The notes under the pieces were generated by a model. It was not told where the DNA came from. It made no database searches and was given only the letters and a program-made list of their open reading frames with translations. This document shows positions 12,495 to 21,289 of a stretch of 64,000 nucleotides of DNA, one piece after another. The translations under genes and the position numbers were made by a program. Each line of letters starts with the position of its first letter. Position 1 is the stretch's first letter. The stretch comes from Minisyncoccia bacterium (GTDB lineage Bacteria; Patescibacteriota; Minisyncoccia; UBA6257; JAAZHW01), in NCBI GenBank assembly GCA_049720475.1, contig JBNASH010000036.1, forward strand, positions 65,339 through 129,338, read 5' to 3'.

Positions 12495-13781
12495 ATGAAA
12501 AGTATTGATAATCAACCCCACATTCTTCAAAAAAGAGGCTTAAATTTTATTCTTATACCGCTTAAAGAAGCAACAAGTGTTACATTTTTGATTTTGGTTA
12601 AAACAGGTTCAGAATATGAAAAACCAGCGGAAGCGGGGATTTCTCATTTTTTGGAACACATGTGTTTTAAAGGTACTAAAAAGCGACCTAGTCCCAAAAT
12701 TATCTCAACCGAACTAGATTCAATAGGCGCTGTTTATAATGCTTTTACTTCCCGCGAATATACGGGTTATTATGCTAAGGCCGCCGTAGAACACACTGAT
12801 AAAATTTTAGATATTGTGACAGATATTTATCTTAATTCTTTGTTTGACCATAACGAAATTGAAAAAGAAAAAGGGGTAATTTTGGAAGAAAAAAATTATT
12901 ATGAAGATACACCCAGCGTAAAGGTGGAAGAATTAATTTTTCAATTATTGTATCCTGACCAAGCGGCTGGCCGGCCAATTATTGGTGATGAAAAAGTTAT
13001 TAAAAATTTAAAAAGAGAAGACTTTTTAAACTATCATCGAAAACACTATACCAATAAAAAAACTCTGATTGTTTTGGCGGGTAATTTTGAAAAAGAAAAG
13101 ATCATTAATAAGGTTACAAGTTTAATGGAGGAAATTCGAAGGGGGGAGGGTGGAAAGAAATTTAAAACAAAAATAAAAAAACAAAACAAACCAGAAGTTT
13201 TAATTCAACACAAAAAAACAGACCAAACACATCTTATTTTAGCAGCAAGAACATTTAATTGTTTTGACGAAAGACGTTATGTTCTTTCGGTTTTATCAAC
13301 TATTTTAGGAAGTGGAATGAGTTCGCGTCTTTTTCAAACCATTCGAGAGGAATTAGGCGCGGCTTATTATGTTTATTCGTTTAATGATTTAAGTTTAGAT
13401 CATGGTTTTTTGGGCGTGGCCGCTGGTTTAGCTTTAGATAAAACCGAAAAATCTTTAGTAGCCATTAAAAAAGAATTGGAAAGATTAAAAGATGAGTTAG
13501 TCAGTGAAGAAGAAATAAAAAAGGCCAAAAATTTTATTAAAGGAAAACTGGCTTTATCTTTAGAAACAACCAATGATTATGCTTTTTACTTCGGTTCCCA
13601 ATATCTCTTTTATAACCGGACTTTTTCTTTAAAAGAAATCTTTAATAAAATTGAAGCTGTGGATAAATTAGCTGTTAATAAACTAGCGAAGGAAATTTTT
13701 CAGCCAAAATCATTAAATTTAGCTCTTATCGGGCCTTATACTAAAAAAGATGAATTGCGCTTTAAAAAAATTTTAGGTTGA
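12495..13781 (+). CDS. M16 family zinc peptidase (insulinase-like)
   Basis: Inverted zinc motif HFLEHMCFKGT (HxxEH); 428 aa. Confidence 0.75.
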   Translation: MKSIDNQPHILQKRGLNFILIPLKEATSVTFLILVKTGSEYEKPAEAGISHFLEHMCFKGTKKRPSPKIISTELDSIGAVYNAFTSREYTGYYAKAAVEHTDKILDIVTDIYLNSLFDHNEIEKEKGVILEEKNYYEDTPSVKVEELIFQLLYPDQAAGRPIIGDEKVIKNLKREDFLNYHRKHYTNKKTLIVLAGNFEKEKIINKVTSLMEEIRRGEGGKKFKTKIKKQNKPEVLIQHKKTDQTHLILAARTFNCFDERRYVLSVLSTILGSGMSSRLFQTIREELGAAYYVYSFNDLSLDHGFLGVAAGLALDKTEKSLVAIKKELERLKDELVSEEEIKKAKNFIKGKLALSLETTNDYAFYFGSQYLFYNRTFSLKEIFNKIEAVDKLAVNKLAKEIFQPKSLNLALIGPYTKKDELRFKKILG

Positions 13782-13798
13782 TTTAAAATAATAAAGAA

Positions 13799-14437
13799 AT
13801 GGAAATGGATAAAAACAAATTAATAGACGATTTAATTAAAGATGGATTTTTAAAGAGTCCAAGAATTATTGATGCTTTTCGAAAAGTTGATCGCATGAAT
13901 TTTGTGATTGATTATGTAAAAAATGAGGCGTATCGTAATTCTCCTTTGGCGATTGGTTTCGGCCAAACAATTTCTCAACCATTAACGGTAGCATTTATGT
14001 TAGAATTATTAGATGTTCAAGAAGGAAATAAGGTTTTGGATGTTGGTTCGGGTTCTGGATGGACAACGGCTCTATTGGCAGAATTGGTAGGTGAAAAAGG
14101 AAAAGTTTATGGTATTGAAATTATTCCCGAACTTTATGAATTTGGCAAAGCAAATGTAATGCGTTGCAGTTACATCAATAAAGGTATTGTTGAAATGTAT
14201 TTGGGCAATGGTTTATATGGTTTAAAAGAAAAAGCTCCTTTTGATCGAATTTTGTGTTCAGCTGAAGCGAAAGAAATCCCTGAAGCGTTTAAAGAGCAAT
14301 TAAAAATTGGCGGTAAAATGGTTTTGCCAATGAATAATAGCTTGTGGCTAATTGAAAAGAAAAGCGAAACGGAATTTATTTCGGAAGAATTTCCCGGTTT
14401 TATTTTTGTTCCATTAATTGAGAAGTTAAATGCTTAA
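13799..14437 (+). CDS. pcm: protein-L-isoaspartate O-methyltransferase
   Basis: GQTISQPLTVAFMLELL; SAM motif VLDVGSGSGWTTALLAELVG. Confidence 0.8.
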   Translation: MEMDKNKLIDDLIKDGFLKSPRIIDAFRKVDRMNFVIDYVKNEAYRNSPLAIGFGQTISQPLTVAFMLELLDVQEGNKVLDVGSGSGWTTALLAELVGEKGKVYGIEIIPELYEFGKANVMRCSYINKGIVEMYLGNGLYGLKEKAPFDRILCSAEAKEIPEAFKEQLKIGGKMVLPMNNSLWLIEKKSETEFISEEFPGFIFVPLIEKLNA

Positions 14438-14464
14438 TATGGTGTTGATAAATTTGTTGTTGAC

Positions 14465-14496
14465 AAACTTCTTGCATTTGCAAGAAGTTTTTTATC
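14465..14496. terminator. 12-bp perfect hairpin plus T-run after pcm; overlaps the promoter for the next gene
   Basis: aaacttcttgca-tt-tgcaagaagttt then tttat. A TTGCAA-17-TATAAT promoter (14477..14505) overlaps the 3' arm. Confidence 0.6.
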
Positions 14497-14564
14497 CTTT
14501 ATAATGGAAATGGGAGAAATCCCAATTAAATAGATCTTTAAAAAATAAAAAAGGAGGTGAGATA

Positions 14565-17405
14565 ATGAGAATAAAAAGTTTGAATGAGAAAAGTTTTAAG
14601 AAAAAACTGAAATTGTGGGAAAAAGGGGAAATATCTTTAAAACAATTCAGTTCAGACGAAAGAGCGGAATTGTTGGAAAGAGGATATATTACCCAAGAGG
14701 AATTTATTGAATTAATGCCAGAAGCGCTGCAAGAATATTGGCGGGCAATCTCCGAACTTTTAAGTAAAAAGCGGATTTTTCGAAATATTGATGCCGCAAA
14801 TGTTTTACCATTGGGGGTAAAAGGCAGATATCAACGACTGAATATGTCGCGGGGAATTTTGATAAAGTTTAAAGAGTGGGGCATGCTCGAAACCATTCGG
14901 CTTGGTGCTCATAATGTTTATTTTGCTACAGCGCCCGGATTTTACACCAAAGAAGAGATTTTAAATTTTCTTCCGAAAGAATACCAAAAAAACATCTTAC
15001 AGTTATTTACTGACGATTGGATATCCACAAGCGAAATTTCTAATCTATTGAACTTGTCACCGCGATTTTTGGAAGAAGTTTTGGATGCCTTTGTGGCTAA
15101 AGGTTATTTGGTTAAAGGAAGGGCAGGTTATCGACATTCCCAAGCCTTAAAAGAGGCAGGGGTGAGTGTGGAATCACTCGAAGCTTTAGATTTAGTTCAA
15201 GCACATAATTTGTTAATGCAAGAGAAAGAACGAAAAGCGGCTACTCAAAAAATTAATAGTTTGCAAGAAGTTAAAGAAGTAGTTGAAAGAGATATCCGGA
15301 ATAAAAGTGTAAAAACAATCGAGGAAGAAATTGAAGATGACAGTGTGCGTTTGAGTTTTATTGGTGAAGTGCGTTTTGGCAATCAATTCATTGATATAGA
15401 ATTGATAGAAAAAGCACTTTATCTTTTAAAAGACCATTTTAAGCCGCATTTTGTGATTGCTTCGGATTTTGTTCAGGGTGATTTTCGAGGTATTCAAGTA
15501 GAAAGGCTACGCTCTTTAACCAGAACCGGTTTACAAAGGATAGAACAGCAGTATTCTGCAGCTGATTTATTACTGAAAGAGTTAGAAAATATTGCAAGAA
15601 AAAAAGTCATTTATCTTTTATCAGATGATGACTGGCAGATTTCTTTATCGCGCGTTCTTATTGCGTTAGAAGAAATGAGCGGTATTAGAAGATTGGGGAT
15701 TAGCGCTCGATGGCCAGAAGAAATAAAGAGAATTTCCGGAGCTGATTATTATCGTTTAATGAAGATCCAATGGGAAATTATTCAGCCTTATATGTATCGT
15801 ATCGGACGTTCACTGTTTAATGCTAATGAAGTGAAAAAAATTATTGGTGATCACATTAGTGAGTTGTTGGTTATAATTTTCATTTTGTTGTTCGAAGAAT
15901 TTCAAAGGCTAATTCCGGAGAAGTACAAAAAATTAGTAGACATTGAAGCACTTCATCAGGATAAAGCAAATTCGAAAAGGATTATCAGTCCTGACCCAGT
16001 TAATCTCTATTTGAAAAATGTTAATAAACGAATTCTCGCTCAACATAACATTGCTTTTTCTGATATCACTCAATATGTTGATAGTGGTTTAATTCCAGAA
16101 TGGATTTTAAGAAATCTTCAAGCGCGCGGTCGTGAAACGCCATATTTATGGGTGGATTTTCATCAGGAAAGATTTTGGGGTACCAAGCTCTATAATACTT
16201 TTATTTTCAATCTTCCTGGTTGCCAAAATCCATTGCCAGCAGCAGAGGGAAAAATTAAAACCTTCCACACAAAAATTCTTTCAGATAAAGCCCACCGCCA
16301 GATCTATTTCCGCAAAGAACCACCTTCGCCGGGTATTGTAAATTGTGAAATTTTCAAAGATGGCCGTTTGCGAATAAATGTCTTTAATCGCAAGATTAAA
16401 AATGTGATTGAAGCGAACAAAGATCAGCCTGAGAAAAAAGATTTGCTTGCCTATACTTCTGATTGGCAGATTGGTTCCTTAACGATGAGGCCAGAGTGGG
16501 TGATACGATTTCTTGACTACGCGTTATACACTAGAAAAGCAACAAATCTCGTTTTCAATGGTGATTTAATCCAAGGTTTTCATTATCCTCGATTTGTTTC
16601 CGAAAACCGACCAAAAAGATTGGTTTCCATCAGTAGCCAAAAGTCGTTTGTTACCACATTAATCAAGCCGTTTTTCCCAGCACCCAATCTCGAATCAATT
16701 GATATTCTTTTAGGCAATCACGAATGGGAAATTTGGGGCGCTGATATAACTGGTCAAAATAATTTGGAGTTCATTTTCTTTGTTCTTAAAGAAATTTATG
16801 AGAATCAGAGAATGTTTAGAAACGATTTAATAATGCCAGATATTAAAATTTGGAATAGGATTAGAATAGTCAAGACAGCTGGCAAAAATGGATCAACGGT
16901 GAATCATCCTTATGGTACAAGAGTTGTTAAATCCGGTTATAAAATTGCCATTCAACATCAATGGTATCCGCGAGGTGGTGGAAGAACGCCGATGCACGCT
17001 CAAGTAACTTGGTTAAGAAATATTGCGCAAGCAGCATCTGATTTGCATGTTCTTTTTGGTGGACACAAACATACTTTTTGGATGGCGATGATTGCTGATA
17101 TTTTAATGCTCCAGCTCCCTGGTTTAAATGATCAATCTGCTTTTGAATTTGCACGAGGGTTGATGCCTCAATCAATGGGCGTACTGGTTGAATTTTCTAA
17201 TAAAAACGGCATAACTGTTGAGTTGATTCCGATCGAATTTTTAGAAGATAATTACAAATGCATCTCGCCGTTCTATAAAGAAATAGACGAAAAGAATTTG
17301 CTTGAAAGACCAAAGCCCGGAACAATAGAGTACAAATATGGTTTTGATTCACCTTTTATTCATCAACTGGAAGAAAAAATTGATGCTGAATATCCTGAGG
17401 TATAA
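14565..17405 (+). CDS. large multidomain protein; C-terminal calcineurin-like metallophosphoesterase-like region with a non-canonical motif I
   Basis: 946 aa. The C-terminal region carries TSDWQIG ... NGDLIQG ... LLGNHE ... FGGHKH, an MPP-like motif order with D-W-Q in place of D-x-H. An earlier copy of the motif occurs at LLSDDDWQISL. No Walker A motif. Strong SD aaaggaggtgag upstream. Confidence 0.35.
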   Translation: MRIKSLNEKSFKKKLKLWEKGEISLKQFSSDERAELLERGYITQEEFIELMPEALQEYWRAISELLSKKRIFRNIDAANVLPLGVKGRYQRLNMSRGILIKFKEWGMLETIRLGAHNVYFATAPGFYTKEEILNFLPKEYQKNILQLFTDDWISTSEISNLLNLSPRFLEEVLDAFVAKGYLVKGRAGYRHSQALKEAGVSVESLEALDLVQAHNLLMQEKERKAATQKINSLQEVKEVVERDIRNKSVKTIEEEIEDDSVRLSFIGEVRFGNQFIDIELIEKALYLLKDHFKPHFVIASDFVQGDFRGIQVERLRSLTRTGLQRIEQQYSAADLLLKELENIARKKVIYLLSDDDWQISLSRVLIALEEMSGIRRLGISARWPEEIKRISGADYYRLMKIQWEIIQPYMYRIGRSLFNANEVKKIIGDHISELLVIIFILLFEEFQRLIPEKYKKLVDIEALHQDKANSKRIISPDPVNLYLKNVNKRILAQHNIAFSDITQYVDSGLIPEWILRNLQARGRETPYLWVDFHQERFWGTKLYNTFIFNLPGCQNPLPAAEGKIKTFHTKILSDKAHRQIYFRKEPPSPGIVNCEIFKDGRLRINVFNRKIKNVIEANKDQPEKKDLLAYTSDWQIGSLTMRPEWVIRFLDYALYTRKATNLVFNGDLIQGFHYPRFVSENRPKRLVSISSQKSFVTTLIKPFFPAPNLESIDILLGNHEWEIWGADITGQNNLEFIFFVLKEIYENQRMFRNDLIMPDIKIWNRIRIVKTAGKNGSTVNHPYGTRVVKSGYKIAIQHQWYPRGGGRTPMHAQVTWLRNIAQAASDLHVLFGGHKHTFWMAMIADILMLQLPGLNDQSAFEFARGLMPQSMGVLVEFSNKNGITVELIPIEFLEDNYKCISPFYKEIDEKNLLERPKPGTIEYKYGFDSPFIHQLEEKIDAEYPEV

Positions 17406-17428
17406 AGTTTAAAAAATAATTTTATAAG

Positions 17429-17458
17429 GAGGGTCTTTTGACCCTCTTTTTATTTATT
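17429..17458 (+). terminator. rho-independent terminator after the 946-aa gene
   Basis: gagggtc-tttt-gaccctc followed by tttttattt. Confidence 0.7.
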
Positions 17459-17485
17459 TGATTTTTTAAATAATTTTATTATAAT
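17458..17485 (+). promoter_or_regulatory. sigma70-like promoter for lepB (TTGATT-16-TATAAT)
   Basis: ttgatt at 17458-63, a 16-nt spacer, then tataat at 17480-85. Confidence 0.4.
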
Positions 17486-17496
17486 TAGATAAAATT

Positions 17497-18042
17497 ATGC
17501 GAAAATTTTTAGCATCAATTTGGGATACAATAGAAGTAGCAATAGTGGCCTTAGTAGTAGTTTTAATTATTCGCTCTTTTTTGTTCCAGCCATTTTTTGT
17601 TGAAGGGGCAAGTATGTATCCAAATTTTAAAAATGGTGATTATTTAATTGTTGATGAATTAACTTATCGTTTGCGAAATCCTCAAAGAGGGGAGATAATT
17701 GTATTTCATCCGCCACAAGCCGAGAAGGAATACTATATCAAAAGAATTATTGCTTTACCCCAAGAAAGGATTGTAATTAAAGACGGACAGATCAAAATTT
17801 ATAATCAAACCCACCCCGAAGGATTTATTTTGAAAGAAAATTATTTATTAGATAATAAAACGCCAGGCGATTTAGATTTAACTTTGGGTCCGAATGAGTA
17901 TTTTGTTTTGGGTGATAATCGTTATGCTAGTTATGATTCACGCGCCTGGGGGACACTATCAAGAGATAAAATTATAGGATTAGTACGTTTACGTGTGTGG
18001 CCTTTCAATAGTGTAAAGGCTTTTGAAGCGGTCCAATATTAA
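17497..18042 (+). CDS. lepB: signal peptidase I
   Basis: Ser box GASMYPNF, Lys box YIKRIIALPQE, and LGDNRYASYDSRAWG. Confidence 0.85.
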   Translation: MRKFLASIWDTIEVAIVALVVVLIIRSFLFQPFFVEGASMYPNFKNGDYLIVDELTYRLRNPQRGEIIVFHPPQAEKEYYIKRIIALPQERIVIKDGQIKIYNQTHPEGFILKENYLLDNKTPGDLDLTLGPNEYFVLGDNRYASYDSRAWGTLSRDKIIGLVRLRVWPFNSVKAFEAVQY

Positions 18043-18101
18043 ATTTTTAAAATATGGGGAGGAGACCAAAAGATTTTTTTAAAAACAAAATAAAAAGAGC
18101 A

Positions 18102-19385
18102 AAAATGAAAACAATTTTGCGGGCACCAAAAGGAATGCCTGATATTTTGCCAGAAGAAAATTTAATTCGACGGAAAATTTTTAAGGTAGTCGAAGACTTA
18201 GCAGATTTTTATGGTTTTGGTCAAATCGAAACGCCAATTTTAGAAGAAACAAAATTATTTTTGCATGGTACCGGTCCAACAAGCGATGTTGTTCAAAAAC
18301 AGATGTTTAATTTGAAAACACCTGGAAAAGATTTGTTATCTTTGCGTCCGGAATTTACGCCCAACATCGTCCGTGCTTATTTAGAAAATGGCATGTTTAA
18401 TTGGGCTAGACCGGTAAAGTTGTTTGCCTGGGGTCCTGTTTTTCGTTATGAACAACCACAAAGAGGACGTTATCGTCAATTTTGGCAATGCAATTTTGAA
18501 ATTTTGGGTTCGTCTGATCCTGTTTATGATGTTTTAATTATTCAATTATTCTATAACTTATTTACTGAGTTAAAAATTAAAGATTTGATTATCGAAATTA
18601 ATACAATCGGTTGTGATAATTGTCGGCCAATCTGGCATAAAGAATTAAAAAACTATTTTAAATCAAAAAAGAAATTTTTATGCGTTGATTGTAAAAATCG
18701 ATTAAAAACAAACCCTCTAAGAATTTTGGATTGTAAAAACGAAACTTGCCAATCTCTCAAAAATGATTCACCAAAAATGATGGATTATCTATGTCCAGAA
18801 TGTCGACATCATTTCAAACAAGTATTGGAATATTTGGAAGCGCTAGGATTGCCCTATACTATTAATCCTTATTTAGTACGCGGTTTAGATTATTATACGA
18901 AAACCGTTTTTGAAATTAGAAAAAATGATGATAATTTAGCGTTATGTGGTGGCGGAAGATATGATTATTTGATAGAAATGTTGGGTGGAAAACCAACACC
19001 AGCTGTTGGTGGAGCGGCAGGCGTAGAACGTTTAGTAGAAATTGTTAAGAAAACTTTGAAGCCAGAAACAAATCATAAACCAAAAGTCTTTTTGATAGCT
19101 ATTGGCGACTTAGCCAAACAAAAGGCATTGCAATATATGGAAATATTTCGTAAGGCAAAAATTGATGCTGCTGAGTCATTTGCTCACGAATCATTAAAAG
19201 CACAATTAAGACAGGCGGATAAATCAGGAGTTCATTATGTTATAATTATTGGTCAAAAAGAAGCGATTGATGGCACAGTAATTTTAAGAGATATGACGGC
19301 GAGTGTTCAAGAGGTTGTTGATGGCAATAAAATTGTTGATGAATTGAAAAAAAGATTCAAAAATGATATTATAAAGACATTATAA
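18102..19385 (+). CDS. hisS: histidyl-tRNA synthetase
   Basis: MKTILRAPKGMPDILPEE, motif 2 FRYEQPQRGRYRQFWQ, GGGRYD. The start is set at the Met that matches the usual HisRS N-terminus; the ORF extends upstream to 18054. The insertion domain carries 8 Cys. Confidence 0.85.
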   Translation, partial: KMKTILRAPKGMPDILPEENLIRRKIFKVVEDLADFYGFGQIETPILEETKLFLHGTGPTSDVVQKQMFNLKTPGKDLLSLRPEFTPNIVRAYLENGMFNWARPVKLFAWGPVFRYEQPQRGRYRQFWQCNFEILGSSDPVYDVLIIQLFYNLFTELKIKDLIIEINTIGCDNCRPIWHKELKNYFKSKKKFLCVDCKNRLKTNPLRILDCKNETCQSLKNDSPKMMDYLCPECRHHFKQVLEYLEALGLPYTINPYLVRGLDYYTKTVFEIRKNDDNLALCGGGRYDYLIEMLGGKPTPAVGGAAGVERLVEIVKKTLKPETNHKPKVFLIAIGDLAKQKALQYMEIFRKAKIDAAESFAHESLKAQLRQADKSGVHYVIIIGQKEAIDGTVILRDMTASVQEVVDGNKIVDELKKRFKNDIIKTL

Positions 19386-19388
19386 AAT

Positions 19389-19736
19389 ATGGAGGATTGC
19401 ATTTTTTGTAAAATTATTAATAAAGAAATTCCTTCCGAAATCGTTTTAGAAAACGAACGATTTATTGTTTTTAAAGATATTAATCCTAAATCAGAAATTC
19501 ATCTTTTGATTGTGCCCAAAAAACATATTGTAAATTTGAATGAAGTTAAGGAAGAAGATAAAGAGTTATTGGGAGAAATGTTTTTAATGGCTAAACAATT
19601 AGCCAACAAATTATCTTTAATTGAAAAAGGCTATAAATTGGTAATGAATGTTGGCAGAGGAGGTGGTCAAGTAATTGATCATCTTCATTTGCACTTTTTA
19701 AGTGGTTCATTTAACAGGTCGCTTAGAGAAATTTAA
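19389..19736 (+). CDS. HIT family hydrolase (histidine triad protein)
   Basis: CIFCKII...; HIT motif DHLHLHFL. Confidence 0.8.
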   Translation: MEDCIFCKIINKEIPSEIVLENERFIVFKDINPKSEIHLLIVPKKHIVNLNEVKEEDKELLGEMFLMAKQLANKLSLIEKGYKLVMNVGRGGGQVIDHLHLHFLSGSFNRSLREI

Positions 19737-19742
19737 TGATAT

Positions 19743-20033
19743 ATGGCTATCGAAGTTACTAAAAAACCAAACGAGCCAATCAATAATTTTCTTTTAAGAT
19801 TTAATCGCGCTCTCAAACAAGCAGGAATTTTAGAGGAAGCAAGAAAAAGACGTTTTTATGAGCCCGAAATAAATCGCAACCGTAAAAAACAATCAGCTGT
19901 ATACAGAGCGCAAATAAAAGAGAAAATAATGGCTCTTAAAAAAAGAGGGATACTAACTGGCAAAGAAGATCTTAAATTAATTAAAAAACTTTTGAGAAAT
20001 CCCAAGTGGTCTTTTACTAATTTACCTAAATAA
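19743..20033 (+). CDS. rpsU: 30S ribosomal protein S21
   Basis: EPINNFLLRFNRALKQAGILEEARKRRFYEKPEINRNRKK matches the S21 consensus. Confidence 0.75.
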   Translation: MAIEVTKKPNEPINNFLLRFNRALKQAGILEEARKRRFYEPEINRNRKKQSAVYRAQIKEKIMALKKRGILTGKEDLKLIKKLLRNPKWSFTNLPK

Positions 20034-21283
20034 TGAAACCTTATCTTGTTTTAGATTTGGGTAATCAAAATATCAGGGGATTGGTCGTGCACCCGACGAA
20101 AGACTATTCTAAAATAAAGATTTATACTGTTTTTGAACGACCATCCGATGGTTTAAACAAAGGCGCCATTAATGATTATGGTGCCTTTTGTAGTGTTTTG
20201 TTGGAAACATTTGACGATATCAATAAGTTAGGTTTTAATCCGAAACAAGTAGTTATTAATATTGCTTCGCCGCATTCCAATTTTAAGATAACTAAAACAA
20301 GCGGCGGCGTAACAAGAGGCGATTCTCAAATTACAAAAAATGACATTTCGCAATTAGAGGAGAAAATTTATGAAACTAACAGCGAAACAACTAATAAAAT
20401 TATAGAGCATATTATTCCACGCGATTTTACCGTTGATGGATTATCAAATATTAAAGACCCCATTGGCATGCATGGATATCGTTTAGAAATGGAGGCAGCA
20501 GTAATCGAAATATTAAATACACATCTTCAAACACTTAATAAGGCGTTTAAAGAGTTAAACAAGAGCTTTCTTATTCCGCCAGTTTTTGGCCCTCTGGCAG
20601 CATCCTTTGGTTGTTTAACAAAAAAACAGCAAAATGTTGGTACGATATTAATTGATTTGGGCGCCCAAAATACAAGTTACATTATTTATGAAGATGATAA
20701 ATTGATTGACACCAAAATTTTGCATTTAGGTGCTGATAGTATCACCCATGATATCGCCATTTGTTTAAAAGTACCTCTGGAAACCGCTGAGAAAATTAAA
20801 TTAACTTGTGGTTATGCCTTGTCAAGCGATATAAGTCGTAAAGAAAATATTGATGCTTCCAAAATCAGCAAAGAAATAGATTATGCGATTAATAAGCGAT
20901 ATTTAGCTGAAATTATCGAAGCGCGATTAGAAGAAATTTTTAGTTTTATTAACAATGAAATTAAGAAAAGCAATGTTTATAATAAATTGGCGGGAGGAGT
21001 TGTTTTGGTTGGGGGTGGAGCGAAATTGCCTGGTATGATTGATTTTGTGAAAAAATATTTAAAATTACCAGCCAAAATAGGGTACCCCAATTTAGAACAA
21101 ATAGAAGCTGGTGAGAAAAATATTGATTTAATTGACGATCCTTCCTTTGTGGAGGCAGTCGGTTTGGCATTGTTTTCTTTATTTTCTTCGGTGAATAAAA
21201 AATCAGTTGAATTTATAAAATCAACACCCACTTCGGGTTTATTGAATAAAATTAAAAAAGTCTTTAAAATCTTCTTACCATAA
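20033..21283 (+). CDS. ftsA: cell division protein FtsA
   Basis: Actin-fold phosphate loops LVLDLGNQNIRG, ILIDLGAQNTSY, VVLVGGGAKLPGM; 416 aa. Confidence 0.85.
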   Translation: MKPYLVLDLGNQNIRGLVVHPTKDYSKIKIYTVFERPSDGLNKGAINDYGAFCSVLLETFDDINKLGFNPKQVVINIASPHSNFKITKTSGGVTRGDSQITKNDISQLEEKIYETNSETTNKIIEHIIPRDFTVDGLSNIKDPIGMHGYRLEMEAAVIEILNTHLQTLNKAFKELNKSFLIPPVFGPLAASFGCLTKKQQNVGTILIDLGAQNTSYIIYEDDKLIDTKILHLGADSITHDIAICLKVPLETAEKIKLTCGYALSSDISRKENIDASKISKEIDYAINKRYLAEIIEARLEEIFSFINNEIKKSNVYNKLAGGVVLVGGGAKLPGMIDFVKKYLKLPAKIGYPNLEQIEAGEKNIDLIDDPSFVEAVGLALFSLFSSVNKKSVEFIKSTPTSGLLNKIKKVFKIFLP

Positions 21284-21289
21284 AAATTT

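Noticed and set aside
16132-16341. A 69-aa plus-strand ORF in an alternate frame inside the 946-aa gene.
   Set aside because: It is embedded in the longer ORF that carries recognisable motifs on both sides. It has no start context.
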